Origin: Octopus sinensis | Taxonomy: Eukaryota | DNA: 64,000 nucleotides | Assembly: GCF_006345805.1 (NCBI RefSeq) | Contig: NC_043002.1 | Span: 47,926,001 to 47,990,000, forward strand | Direction of reading: 5' to 3' | Shown: piece by piece, positions 26,737 through 39,200 of the stretch | Layout: the number at the start of each line of letters is the position of its first letter | Numbering within the stretch: position 1 is the stretch's first letter | Program-made: the position numbers and the translations under genes | The notes under the pieces: generated by a model | What the model was told of the DNA's origin: nothing | The model's database searches: none | What the model saw: only the letters and a program-made list of their open reading frames with translations

Positions 26737-26760
26737 TATATGTATATGTATGTATATATG
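26487..26760. repeat. Compound (TA)n/(TG)n microsatellite containing an isolated SINE-A-type (AAAAGAGT)n tail
   Basis: Direct reading. Confidence 0.93.
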
Positions 26761-28698
26761 GCAATGAGCACAAAAAGGAGACATCACAAGAAGAGTTTTG
26801 ACAAATGTTTTATTAATTTAGCACTTAAAAAGATGGGAAAGAATCAGGAAGTTTAAGATGGTGGTCGTTCATTAGAAGCAAGGGAGACAATTGGCAAACA
26901 ACATACATGAACCTGTTTGTGTTTGTTTACAGTGTGTTGTACTTTTGTTAATAAGGTGTGTGTATAGAGGGTATGCGGGTATGTGTAAGTGTGTATGCAG
27001 AATCAGTAGTTTCTAATGAGTGTTGTTTTTCCAGAACTGCATGAATGTGTTTGTTTTTTAGTGCTGTATGATGAGGATTTGATTGTACTACAAGCATATG
27101 AATGAATGTTAAATTGCATGCTGGTGTAAGTTGGTTGCGTATGTATTTGTATATGTGTGTATTGTGCATAATGTGTTAATGTTTGTGAGTATGGGCTCTG
27201 ATGAGTGTGTGTTCAATATGTTGCAATAGGCAAGCAGTTTTATAAGAATTGTGTGTAAACTCTCTGAAAACACATTTACCTGCACTTGCACATGCACATC
27301 TGCAGTACATGTATATACACAATGACACAAGCAATAGACACATTTAACTTCACATAATTACATATACATACATTGTACAAACATACACCATATGTCACAC
27401 GAAAATAAACATCTTTCTGAAAAAAAGAATGCACACATACACTACTGAACCTAATATGCAACTAACTTACACACACACACACACCACACACAAATTTACA
27501 TGTATCAGCATCCTTTGTCTTCTCTTCTTATCTTTTTTAATGCTGAAAGCTACTTTCTAAATTTCTACATAAATTTCCAAACTGGAACTGTCATAGGCAA
27601 CACATGGTGGTTCATTTCACCAACATTTCTATGCTTATTTCCCCTCTTCTTTTCTTTAATACTCACCCAACCTCTCTCACCCACACACTCTCTCTCTTTC
27701 CCATCTTTCTGATGAAGGACTCCAGCCCAAAATACTGAGTGAAACTAATTGCTCTTTTATTGTGTTTACACTTTTCCTCAGTTGCTTATTTTCACTTTCA
27801 TGTGTGTATGTGTAGGTGTATCTAAATATAAATATTTATACATATATTTAAATAGCTGAATACAATTAAAATATCAAACAGGCTTTGCAAGTTTTAATTT
27901 CTGATTTCAAAGCAGCAACATGTAAAAATAGAGACTTTTTATATTTTTGTCATTTCATTAAAATATTAATCAAATCGCTATTAAAATCTCATTCAAATTG
28001 CTATGAAAGTTTACTGAAGGGCATCAGTGAATGGTTATGTATCAATGAACAGGTTATAAGGTATGATAAAAGACTTTGACACAACTGAATTTAGTGCATA
28101 TTTGTGTATGGATGTATGTATGTGTGAATGTGTGTGTTTAATAAATGACCAATGTAGTTCTAGAAAAGGCAATTATATTTTATAAAAATCAGTTGCTGTT
28201 ATGGTTGTTTAGTTTACACTATGCATTGCCAATTATATATTTTGTTTAAAAAATAATCATATAATTTAGTTGTTCAGTTCTAATATTTGTATTTTTTGTC
28301 CAATTAGATTTGTTTATTAGAGTTATGTTTTTCAATCAATAAATAAATGCTATTATTAAGAATAGAATTGTTTCTTTCATAATATTTCTGTTTCCATTTG
28401 TTTTTCAGGTGGAAGATGAAGTAAAACTTAATATACCCTACACACAATCTCATTTTCAATTGGGTATGTGCCAACATGATGACTAAAAAACAAGGTAAGA
28501 AAGACAAGTCTCTTATATGTAGCAAAATAATCTAAGTTTACCTTGCAAAAAGATTTGTAGCATTTTACACTGGGAACATGTAGTATTTTGAAACAAGCAG
28601 TCGTATTGCTCTAACCTATCTGAAGAACTTCATTAGAGGTCTTCAGTTTTTATGTTGCTTATTGTTAAATTTTATGCATTTTATATATTTTATATATC

Positions 28699-28860
28699 AG
28701 GCGTGGTTGTGGAGCTAAGAAGAACTCTTTGCAACCATATGGTTTGAGGTTCAGTCCCACTATGCATGACAGCTTAGCAAGTGTCTTTTACTAAAACCCC
28801 AGGCTGACAAATGCCCTGTGAGTGAATTTGGTAGATGCAAACTGTGTGAAAGCCCATTGT
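28699..28860 (+). mobile_element. SINE family A, 5' half
   Basis: aggcgtggttgtgg..ggttcagtcccacta..gtgagtgaatttggtagatgc. Confidence 0.75.
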
Positions 28861-28874
28861 ATACATATGTGTTC

Positions 28875-28878
<4 letters not shown>

Positions 28879-28917
<39 letters not shown>

Positions 28918-29602
28918 TGTGTACAGTGCTCAGGTGCACTACAACTCATCTAAAGTGTATATATAATCAGGTGTAGTTTCGGCAGATTTCAGAAAGCATG
29001 AGGGCCTTAAAGGATGCAGTGTCATGGCAGTCAACAACTGACGCAGGCAGTTTATTCCATGCTTCAGCAACTCTGAGCGTGAAAAAATGTTTCCGAAAGT
29101 CATGGGAGCTGTGTTGTTTTCTGACTTTGTAGGCATGTCTACGTGTGTTAGACACATGGAGATCAAAAAGGTGTTCAGTGTTGTTGTTGGTGAGGTAGTT
29201 GATAACTTTGTGGGTGTTTACCAAGTCCGTCGCCAGACGCCGGAGCTTCAGTGAATCCATGCCCAGGGAAACAAGGCGCTCAGAATATGGTAGGTGTCTG
29301 ATGGAGGGTATGCGTTTGATTGCACGTCTCTGGACAGATTCCAGGAGGTCAGTGTTCTGAGCAAGATAGGGGTTCCAAACTGATGATGCGAATTCCAAGT
29401 GGGGTCGTACCATAGCTGTATACAGTTTTAAATAGATGGCTGGAGAGCGGCTAACAAAAGTCTTGCTGAGTGATGCCAAGACACCCTCGGCCTTCGTGAC
29501 AATTTTAGAGATATGCTTTGTCCAACGCAAATCACTGCTGACAGTGATGCCTAGGTCATGCTCGCAAGAGCGTGTGTATGTCTTTGTCAACACCAATCCC
29601 AT
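28879..29602 (-). mobile_element. CR1-clade LINE 3' fragment (ORF2 C-terminus with microsatellite tail), relatively young
   Basis: Stop-free 211-codon frame with DLGITVSSDLRW..LYTAMVRPHLEFASSVWNPY..LESVQRRA..FFTLRVAEAWNKLP, followed by an (ATT)n tail at 28879-28918. Confidence 0.92.
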
Positions 29603-29689
29603 TGCTTATTGTTGTGTATTATTGTTTTATTGGTTCAGCCAGCTGCTGAGGTCATGCTGGGGCACTGCCTTTCAATGTGAATGTGTTTT

Positions 29690-30050
29690 ATTTCTGCATT
29701 ATTTCTGGTGCATCCTGCCATGATGTAGGCTTATCTGATATCTCAGATAAAAACATGTCCTGTCATTACCAGCATAGAACTGCATATTATTTTTATATTG
29801 CATTCAGGTCTTTCTGCAGTTTTAGGATATCACCAGGATCCTTGACTGTCTGTGTTACTTTTATATTATAAGCATAGTTGGTGGGAGTGGCTTACTGTAT
29901 GGCTGAAGGCATGTTTGAGAAAGCCACCACAAACAGTAGTGATCCCAGTACAATTCTCTTAGGGAAACCACTAAGAATTGATGTCTCTCCAGAGGGAGCA
30001 CCATCAACTGCATACCTACTTCAAAGTAAAGCAAAGTAACCTTCTTGAGT
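29690..30050 (-). mobile_element. Older CR1-like reverse transcriptase core fragment
   Basis: VDGAPSGETSILSGFPKRIVLGSLLF..NYAYNIK is a decayed SGVPQGSVLGPLLF..YADD motif, followed by LQKDLNAI. Contains stops. Confidence 0.7.
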
Positions 30051-30060
30051 GATGCCAACT

Positions 30061-30280
30061 CATAAAGACCACTTTCCTGGTTTCATGGCATATATATTCC
30101 CCTGGACGGGATACCAGTCCATTGCAGGATTACTCATTTTTACCAGAGGAGTGGACTGGCGCAGCATGAAATGAAGTGTTTTACTCAAGAACACAATGTG
30201 CTTCCCAGTCCAGGAATTGAAACACAATCTTATCATGGTTCGCAAAACCCTAACCACTAAGCCATGTGCCTCCACAACAT
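30061..30280 (-). mobile_element. tRNA-derived SINE, family D-like
   Basis: Minus strand ggaggcacatggcttagtggttaggg..gtgtttcaattcctggactggg..cttgagtaaaac. Confidence 0.75.
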
Positions 30281-30720
30281 ACCTACCCACCCAGGAAAAT
30301 GCAAAGTCACAGAAGTAGTAATGACAGTTAAAAATCAACAGAACCTGGGTGAGGAAAACATAGCCCAGAGTGAAAAATGGCCTATGCTCCATAGGTAGTG
30401 AAGGGCTTAAATATGCTTTGTTGTTCAGTGTGTGTATACATAATTGAAGGCTCTTGCAGTGACTATATAAAGACAGATAAAGTAAATTCAATCGCTATCA
30501 TAGTCTAAATGCTTCAAAATACATAACATGTGGTTGGCAGTGGAGAACAGAGATTCTTGGTCTTAGTGAGGCATTTTATTTTATATCGTGCTTAGGCTAA
30601 TGCTGCCATTTTGAGATTCTAAAAATAAATAATAAAGTCATATAGAATATTTGTGTATTATACAGATTATATTGATGGTGGTGCCAAAGAAAAAACCTAA
30701 AAAACTTCAATTCCATGTCA

Positions 30721-31583
30721 GCATTTTGCATTTTGTTAATACTGCTGGCAACCTTGCTTACAATGGCATTTAAATAATAAAAAAGAAAGCATTTAGTTGA
30801 AATAATATTAATCACTATCAATACGGTCAAGCAGAATACTGGAACTATACATATCATAGCAATGTTTACCTATGAACAAGCCAATTAACTGGTGTTTTTA
30901 AAACTGCCCCTCCTGATTCCCTAAAAGTACCATATACACGTTTTCATAAGTCATATATTTTTTTTACTAAAAATTAGGCAGGGCACAAAAACTACATAAA
31001 ACTTTTCTCTGGAACCTTACTTTGGACTTGAAATTTACAGCACAAACTAATACACACACAGGCATTCACATGTATATATGCACAAACACATACACAAAAG
31101 CAAATGAAAGCAAATGATTGAGTATGTAGGGCAGGTCGGTCATATCACTATCCAGTCTACATGAATACCAGCATCATATACAAATACATGTTGATGATGT
31201 CATGCACAAAAACAAAACCATAAGCAGAATTTGCTATAAAGCAAAAAATTTTGTTGTAATGATATGTATTCCTATAAATTTTTATATAAATGTTTTCCAT
31301 GTGTACAAGACATATATTTGCAATTGTTTATCAACCAGCTAGACTCTTAATGTCAGTTATATGCTGCATATAATTACTTTTAGTGAATCAGGAGGGGCAG
31401 TTTTAAAAACACCAGTTAATTGGCTTGTTCATAGGTAAACATTGCTATGATATGTATATTTCCAGTACTCTGCTTGACCGTATTGATAGTGATTAATATT
31501 ATTTCAACTAAATGCTTTCTTTTTTATTATTTAAATGCCATTGTAAGCAAGGTTGCCAGCAGTATTAACAAAATGCAACATGC
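30721..31583. repeat. Inverted repeat: 209-bp arms (30721-30929 and 31375-31583), 445-bp spacer
   Basis: Base-by-base comparison gives 205/209 identity with no gaps. Confidence 0.97.
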
Positions 31584-33864
31584 AACCTATGTATGGGTCA
31601 AAGCTTGAAGCCAAAACATTTTAAACACAATAGGATGTGATTTATATACAATTTTATGTGGTAATTGTGAAGAGAAATAATAACCATGAATAAAATATTT
31701 TTTGTTTCATGCATTAGACGTCATGAAAATATGTCCTGCTGTGTTAAACCATTCGAACTATGTTAAGTTTTGTCAGCTGTGATTGAAATAATTCCCATCG
31801 TACATAATAATTAACTAATCCTTGACATGAGAAGCTTGTGTCAGTCACAGATGTAAAGTGAAATTAAGAAAACAGATCTCAAATTTTGAAAAGTAAAGAA
31901 GAGAAAAACGAATAAGATGACTTTAATTTCCTGCTTCTATGCATCATTTTCTCATTTGTATCTCATTTTCACACCTAACTTCTAGCAAAGCAGAACAGAT
32001 CAGTGAGAAACTATGTCTCATAAACAAAGAGTTTGATATTGCACTGATGTAGTTTTTACAAGGCAAAGACCATTCTGATGACTTTTCAAAAAGAAGAAGA
32101 AAACTTCATTTAGTTTTCATGGGAACATTGATTTTAGGGGTCAAATAAATTACCATACATTTGCAAATCTATACTGAACTGTAAAACCTAATCTTAAAAT
32201 TCTCTCCATACATATATTCACAATACCAAAGTTATTTAGATAATTAATTGCTTTTATTAAATCTAATATGCTATGTAAATTACTTTGTGTAACCTTAATT
32301 AGTATGAAAACACAAATTTTTATTCTATGAGAAAGTGATTTGAAATTTCAAAACTGCGCATAATCCACAGTAACAAAATCTTCATTTCATTTTTGTTTTC
32401 TAATATAAAGGAAGACATTTTCTTACTGCAAGAATTATCATCTTGAAAACTGATCAAATGAATTTAATTTGTTTAACTAAGTTTTGCAATCATTTCTATC
32501 AGTTTATTCTGAAAGATATGGCAGTGATGTAATGTGATTTATAATTATTGTGAGTTATTGCTTAATCATTCTGATTGATTAATGATAACCCTGCTACATT
32601 AAATAATTAGTTGTAAGTATTAAATTAAGAATATGTTAGTAAAAAGATACCCAATACTAAAATTAAATTTCCAGTTAGAAATTTGATTTGTGCTTGGTTA
32701 TCTAATTGCACAGTAGAACTTTGAAATCTGAAAGTGTAACTCCAAACAGTAATATAATTACTTTAATACACCATAGTTTAAAAATTTGATGATAGACACG
32801 TTTGTATTAAGAATTATGACAAAGAAAATATCTAATTAAGAAAAAGAAATAGAGTGGAAACTTATCCATGACATTTCATTGAAAATGTACATTAAAATGA
32901 AGTGAATAATATTGAATAGACTGGTTAAAACAGTTTTTCAATATGTAAAAATGTTTACCACCAAAGAGATGTTGATTTAATATGGAAAAAACTTTAAATT
33001 TTAACATTGTAATAGTAGGTAAGTTTTAAATATTATACCATGATTGCTAACATAGGATATCATCATGCATGCTATTGTAAATCAAAAGTGAAAAGATGTT
33101 TCATGATGAAAAGAAATGCTACCAGCAATAATGGAAGTGGTGGCAACTATATTTATAGTTACAGAAAGTTAGTTCCTAGAACTACTTTTTTTTAAAAATT
33201 AGAGTAAAGATTTCTAACTATAATCACTGTGATCACTGGACATGTGTCACTATGTCACTAATGAAGCTTGGAGGCTTCATTAGTGCTCAGTGGTCATGAA
33301 GCTGCTATGACAAATTGTTTAGGTAGTATTTATTATTTTTTTAAAAGTAATATGAGATCTAGAAATAATAAAGGATGCAGCATTTTGAAGATTTTGAGAA
33401 CATGTTGATTACAATTACTTGCTTGAAAATATTATTGTATATTTTTATATTCTTTTCTTTTCTTATGACACTGATTCATAAATCCTCCTCCTTCAAATTA
33501 TATAAAATGCCTTTGCATGACACAGTAAACTGAAACTATTTTTGCTAAAATACAATCACTGCCACATATTAGAATTTAAATATGTAAAATGAAATTAAGC
33601 ACAAGAGATTTTAACAAATTATTCAATTAGTTCGTTTATAAAAAGAACATTAATGAACTATGATAAAAATATTGCATTCTGTAAGAAAAGTGTAATTCAT
33701 TTAATATAAAACATATCTTAGTCTATGTATTACTGAAAATTATCATACTTTTTTTATATATTATGTGGGAAACTTAAACAAAATGTTGGAGTCAAAATTA
33801 AGAGAGATGGGTGAGACTTCATTATACTTGAGGGCGAGAAAAAACTTGAGGATAAAAAATATTA

Positions 33865-34250
33865 CTGATTGTATGGTAAGATAGTTGCTTCCCAACCACA
33901 TGATTTTGGGCTCAGTTCTACTGCATGGGAAAGTGTCTTCTGTTACAGACTGGGGTAGACCAAAGCTTTGCAAGTTGATTTGGCTGACAGAAACTGAAAG
34001 AAGCCCATCGTGTACGCATGTGTATATGCATGTGTGTGATTGTGTGTGAGTGTGTGTGTGTATGGTACTGTCATTCTGCCTCAACATTACATGATAATTG
34101 TAAACGTATATCACTGTCATATAAGTGGTGTCTTTCATTTCTAGGCTTCTGTAAAAACATGTTTGGTCATAGAAAAATAGTACCTTATTTGGAAACAGAT
34201 AAGGGCTGGTGAAAGAAAACTTGCCTCAACAAATTCTGTGAGACCCTTGC
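33865..34250 (+). mobile_element. SINE family A 5' half joined to an RTE-3'-UTR-like fragment
   Basis: gttgcttcccaaccacatg..aaactgaaagaagcccatcg, then agggctggtgaaagaaaac..gcaaatatagaaaagtgg. Confidence 0.65.
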
Positions 34251-36464
34251 AAATATAGAAAAGTGGGGATTGCATTATATTCAACATCATATTGTGTTCA
34301 AGAGAATATGATGTGTAAACTGTGTTTGTTTATGTGTTTTATTAAATCTACAATATGAACTGAAAAGATAAGTTACATGTAAGTGAAATGTGTAAGTCAT
34401 TGGTATCACAAACATTAGTTGACATATATACAATCAAAATGAACTATCAAAGATTCAATGAACCAGAGTTTTGTATAAAATTCATAATATGAATGATGGA
34501 CAGTTGTTTACATTAGAAACTTTAAACATTTTATAATACTATATTTGAAAATGTATTTTCTTAACTATTAATTAGAGGTGCACTAAATAGCACTGAATGG
34601 CATATAGGAGTGTGCAATTATATTCAACATGTTCATGTACACTTATACACAGAAAGTCATACACAACAGAAACATTCTCAAGAGAAAAACATTCACCTTA
34701 CAGAAAATATATGTTAAAAACATACCATTAGGCAATGAATTACATCATAAGAACATAGGATCCATGCATTTCTGTATCATTGTGTGTCATCAGCTATGGG
34801 TACTGAGTCATTCATAGCTGTCAAGAACTTGTGTGTTCTTATATTAGAGCAGCAAATGGTACATTTACTGATGTGTGCAAAACTTTGTCAAGCTGGTATT
34901 AATTAGTGATACACCAAGCAGTGCTGAATGAAATGTAGGTGTGTACAATCATATTTAATATGCTGATTTACACTCAGAAGTTGTGTTAAACGTATCTCTA
35001 ATTAATTAATTCAAACTTGGCAAAGTTTTGTACACATCAACAAATAAACCATATGTTGTTCTAATGTAAGAACAAATTCTTTGTGGCTATGGTATCCAAA
35101 GCTGATAGATAACATGCAATGACAAAGAAATGCATGCATCCTTCACTCTAATGACATTCATACCCCAATAGCGTATTTTTCACATGTATTTCCATTTCTA
35201 AGTGTAAACAGACATATTAAATATGACTATACTCACATTTTTCGACTATATATTACCAATTACTAAAATTATAAATCTAGTTATGCTCTTTATAAATAGG
35301 TACAAAGTGTAGGGTTCTTTGAAAAGAGGATATATTAAGTTGTGAGGCTAATAATTTTGCAAATATTATACATCATATTTCTTAAAGTAGTGGTCTCTTT
35401 CAGAATGACCAGTATAAACTGAAATGCAAGCTTCAGAATTTCATTAGAAATTGTAATTCTGAAATAACTCAAAAAAAGAGAAAAAAATATTCTGTCCACC
35501 TAAACATCATTTGCAGACAATTCTAGTGTAGTAATTGTTGAAAATTTCAAAAGCTTCAGTGTATTTCATTTTCTGATAAATTGAAGTATAATCGGGTCAA
35601 GAGTTTTTGATAGAAATCAAGAAAAATGATTTATACATTTTAACATTAAAAGTATGTACTAACGGATTGCATATTTTCTAGGACTTCTGTTGACATAGAC
35701 AGAGGAAATGAAAGCTTTTGTGTGAGAGAGAGTGTGTGTGTCACAGACAGACTGATATAGAGAAAGAGACATGAGGAGTAGAAGAGTTTGTGTTTAGCTA
35801 TGTGTTTGTTTATTTCTATGTGAATCAGTGTGTAGGAATTTTCTTTATACTGCATTGGACAGCTTTCCACACTAGTAAAAAAAAGAAATAGGAAATTAAA
35901 TACTTTGGATTATAATGAGAGCAAGTATGAGTTTCCTTTAAAACAACTTTGAAGGAGTTTTTTTTTTTGCCAAAGAAATTATTCTTTTTTCTTTCTTTCT
36001 CTGTTTGTAAATGTTTGCTTTGCTGATATGAAATCACAATTAGAAATGAAATCTCAAATACATTGCAATGTAGTTTCTGTAGTAACATATGAAAGAAGCA
36101 TTTTCATATGAAATTACTTTTCTAAATTCTAAATTTACATGCTACAGCATGCTACAGTTATAAGCTTTCTCTAATGATCAGACTAAATCTATTCATTAAA
36201 ATCTATGCAAAATATTTTGTTTTTTAAAGAAGCTCAAAACAAAGGATCAATAAGAAAAAATTTTTGAATCCCAAACTATTGAATCCAAATTTTCCACATA
36301 AGGATGATCTCATATTTCAGATTTAAAAAGTAAAGAGTAAAAATAAACATTAACTCAAGTATAGCCAGTACAGAGAAATATGAAAATCATATTCATAATA
36401 ATATTCAGAACTTGTAATGTTTTTTTAAAATTTAAGTGTGGCTAAAGTTTTTTAATTTAAGTTA

Positions 36465-36609
36465 AGAAACTTACTTCTCTGTCATGTAATCTTGGGTTCA
36501 ATCCTACTGTGCAGCACTTCAGGCAAGTGTATTCTATTATAGCCCTGGTCTGACCACAGCCTTGTGAGTGAATTTAGTAGACAGAAACTAAAAGAAGCAT
36601 GTATATTTA

Positions 36610-36659
<50 letters not shown>

Positions 36660-36760
36660 CTTTGTTTTGTACTCCATCACTGTTCAAGAACCAGTGTTGG
36701 TTTGTTTATGGCCCCATAACTTATTAGTTCAGCAAAAGAGACCTATAGTTCCAGACCATG
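36465..36760 (+). mobile_element. SINE family A with expanded (TG)n
   Basis: gggttcaatcctactgtgc..gaccacagccttgtgagtgaatttagtagacagaaact. Confidence 0.8.
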
Positions 36761-36796
36761 TCATAAATGATAAATAATACTGATTCTGACAGCTTA

Positions 36797-37090
36797 TCTT
36801 TTACCTTTTAGTTGTTTTAGTCATTAGACTGCAATCATTCTGGACAGTGCATTGAGAGATTTAGTTGAACAATTAACCCCAGTACATTTTTTCCAAAAGT
36901 CTGATACTATTGGTCTCTTTTGTTGAACCACTAAGTTACTAAGAACCAACACTAATTATGAAGCAGTGGAGGGGGATAAACACACACACACATGTATATA
37001 CAATGGCCTCCTTTCAGTTTATGTCCACCAAATCCATTCACAAAGATTTGGCTGACCTGGGGCCATAAAAGAAAACACTTGCCTAAGGTG
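36797..37090 (-). mobile_element. SINE family A (diverged), tail-to-tail with the previous copy
   Basis: tagtcattagactgc..tattggtctcttttg..ctttcagtt..ccattcacaaag..aacacttgcctaaggtg. Confidence 0.7.
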
Positions 37091-38368
37091 CGAAAGCACA
37101 AAACTAGAATTTTTGCAGAAGTATAGAAGTTTTATAGTCAATGAGATTTACTGGTACTTATTTTATCAACTGCTGATGAAAAGAAAGGAAAGTTGACCTC
37201 CCTGAGATTATGAGGCCTTCAGTGGATCACAAGATGACAACATGCAATGAAATATAAAGTTATAGACAACAGCAACAACCACACCAAAAGCAACAACAAT
37301 AATATCAATAATAGCAAGACAAATAGCAGCAACAACATCAAGGTATAGGCCTCATTATAAGGTTGAAAATAAACACATTATTGATCGAGATTGTGTTAGT
37401 AGTGATGATGATACTGATGCTAGATACTCCATCATATTTTCATTGCTGGCACACACCACTTTTTTTAATAATAATATTGATTTCTTACATAGGTACAAAG
37501 TCACACATCAGAGGGATGGAACAGTTGATTATACTGACCTCAGTATTTGACTGATACTTTATTTTATCAACTCTAGAAGTATGAAAGACAAAACTGACTT
37601 TTGCCAAAATGTATAAAAATAGAGATTTAATTGCAGACAATCTAATAATTTAAAAATATACATATAAATATATTTATCAACTAGAATGTGAATGCTTGCA
37701 GTCTAGAAGTTAAGTGTTCATGGTCCTAAAGTTTTCAGGTTTGGTTTCATGATCCTAAAGTTTCAAAAGATTGGTTTCTGGTGGTGGTGACATATTGTTT
37801 GTTAGAGACAGGTACTTCATTTCACATTGTTACTGACTACTTTAGTAAAACAAGTACCCTCTATTGTTGTAGATTAATCACTTTCACAGATTGGCATTGT
37901 ATTCTTAGTTGCTTATATGCTGCAGGAACAGTAGTAAGTTCCAGTCTAATGAAGTTGTAAGCTTATACTGATTGTAATTCAGCTACGTTGCTACATTTAT
38001 CATGAACAATTTGTTTTAATCAAACATCCACATAAACAAAATAGATAATGGCATGTACCTCTATGAAATTGAAAGTCCTGTATTTATCATTGATATATTA
38101 TTGTAAGAGTGATCCAAATGAAATGGAAAGAAAAAAATATTCAAGAGTAAGGAACACAATGCACTTGCTAACAAAATAGATTTGTTCAAAACTCATACTG
38201 TATTTAATGATATATAGGACATGCTGTTTATTTATTTTTTTTCAAAAAACCTCTCAAAATATTACAGCAGGTCCTATATTTGATGGTGAGCTGCCTATAT
38301 GCTAATTTTGTCCTTAGCACTCACTCTTACCTTAATATACACTACTGATATTGCAGTGTGTCTAATAT

Positions 38369-38675
38369 GTGGAGGCACATGGTCTAGTGGTTAGAGCAGC
38401 AGACTTCCGGTCAAGGGATCACAGATTCGAATCTCAGACCGGGCGATGTGTGTGTTTATGAGCGAAACACCTAAGCTCCACACGGCTCTGGCAGAAGGTA
38501 ATGGCAAACTTCTGCTGACTCTTTCGCCCCAACTTTCTCTCACTCTTTCCTCCTGCATCTTGCGGCTCACCGGCGATAGACCAGCGTCCCGTCTAGGTGG
38601 GGAACCTATATGCCAAAGAAACCAGGAAACCGGCCCTAATGAGCCAGGCATGGCTTGAGAAGGAACAAACAAAAA
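38369..38675 (+). mobile_element. tRNA-derived SINE with a family C-like head and a 14-bp TSD
   Basis: ggcacatggtctagtggttagagcagcagacttccggtcaagggatcacagattcgaatctc head; TSD agtgtgtctaatat at 38355-38368 and 38676-38689. Confidence 0.9.
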
Positions 38676-38837
38676 AGTGTGTCTAATATACCTATGCAGC
38701 TTTTATGCCATCAGATAAGGTAATTTAGGAATAAACATCTAACTTTGAGACCCATTAATTAGAAATACCTTACTAGTTACATATTAAGATTTTTGACTAG
38801 ATAAACATTTGCATGCAGAGAGCCCAAGTTTGCAAGT

Positions 38838-39200
38838 AGTTGTTGCAGTGTGGTTAAGAAGCTTGCTTCCCAACCACTTCATTGTGGGTTGAGTCTCACT
38901 GTGTGGCACCCTAGACAAGTGTCTTTTACTATGTCCCCAAACTAAGTAAAACCTTGAGCATGGGTTTGGTTAACAGAAACTAAAAGAAGCCTGTTGTGTA
39001 TGTATATACAAATGTATGTGCATATTAGTATCTTCTTGTCTTGTCTTCCATAGGGAAGAATTATTTTTCTTGGAAACAGGTGAGGGTTGATAACCGCAAA
39101 GTTATCCATCCATAGAAAGATCTGCTTCAACAAATCCCATGCTGTCAGGGAAAAATGGACATTAAAATGATGATGATAACATCATCAAGATGATGATGTT
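38838..39200 (+). mobile_element. SINE family A 5' half plus an RTE-3'-UTR-like fragment
   Basis: gtgtggttaagaagcttgcttcccaaccac.., then gagggttgataacc..catccatagaaa..atggacattaaaatgatgatg. Confidence 0.65.

Noticed and set aside
38369-38445. tRNA genes at SINE heads (also 12470-12545 and 3470-3540)
   Set aside because: They continue into SINE bodies with tails and TSDs and lack a complete cloverleaf, so they are tRNA-derived SINE heads.
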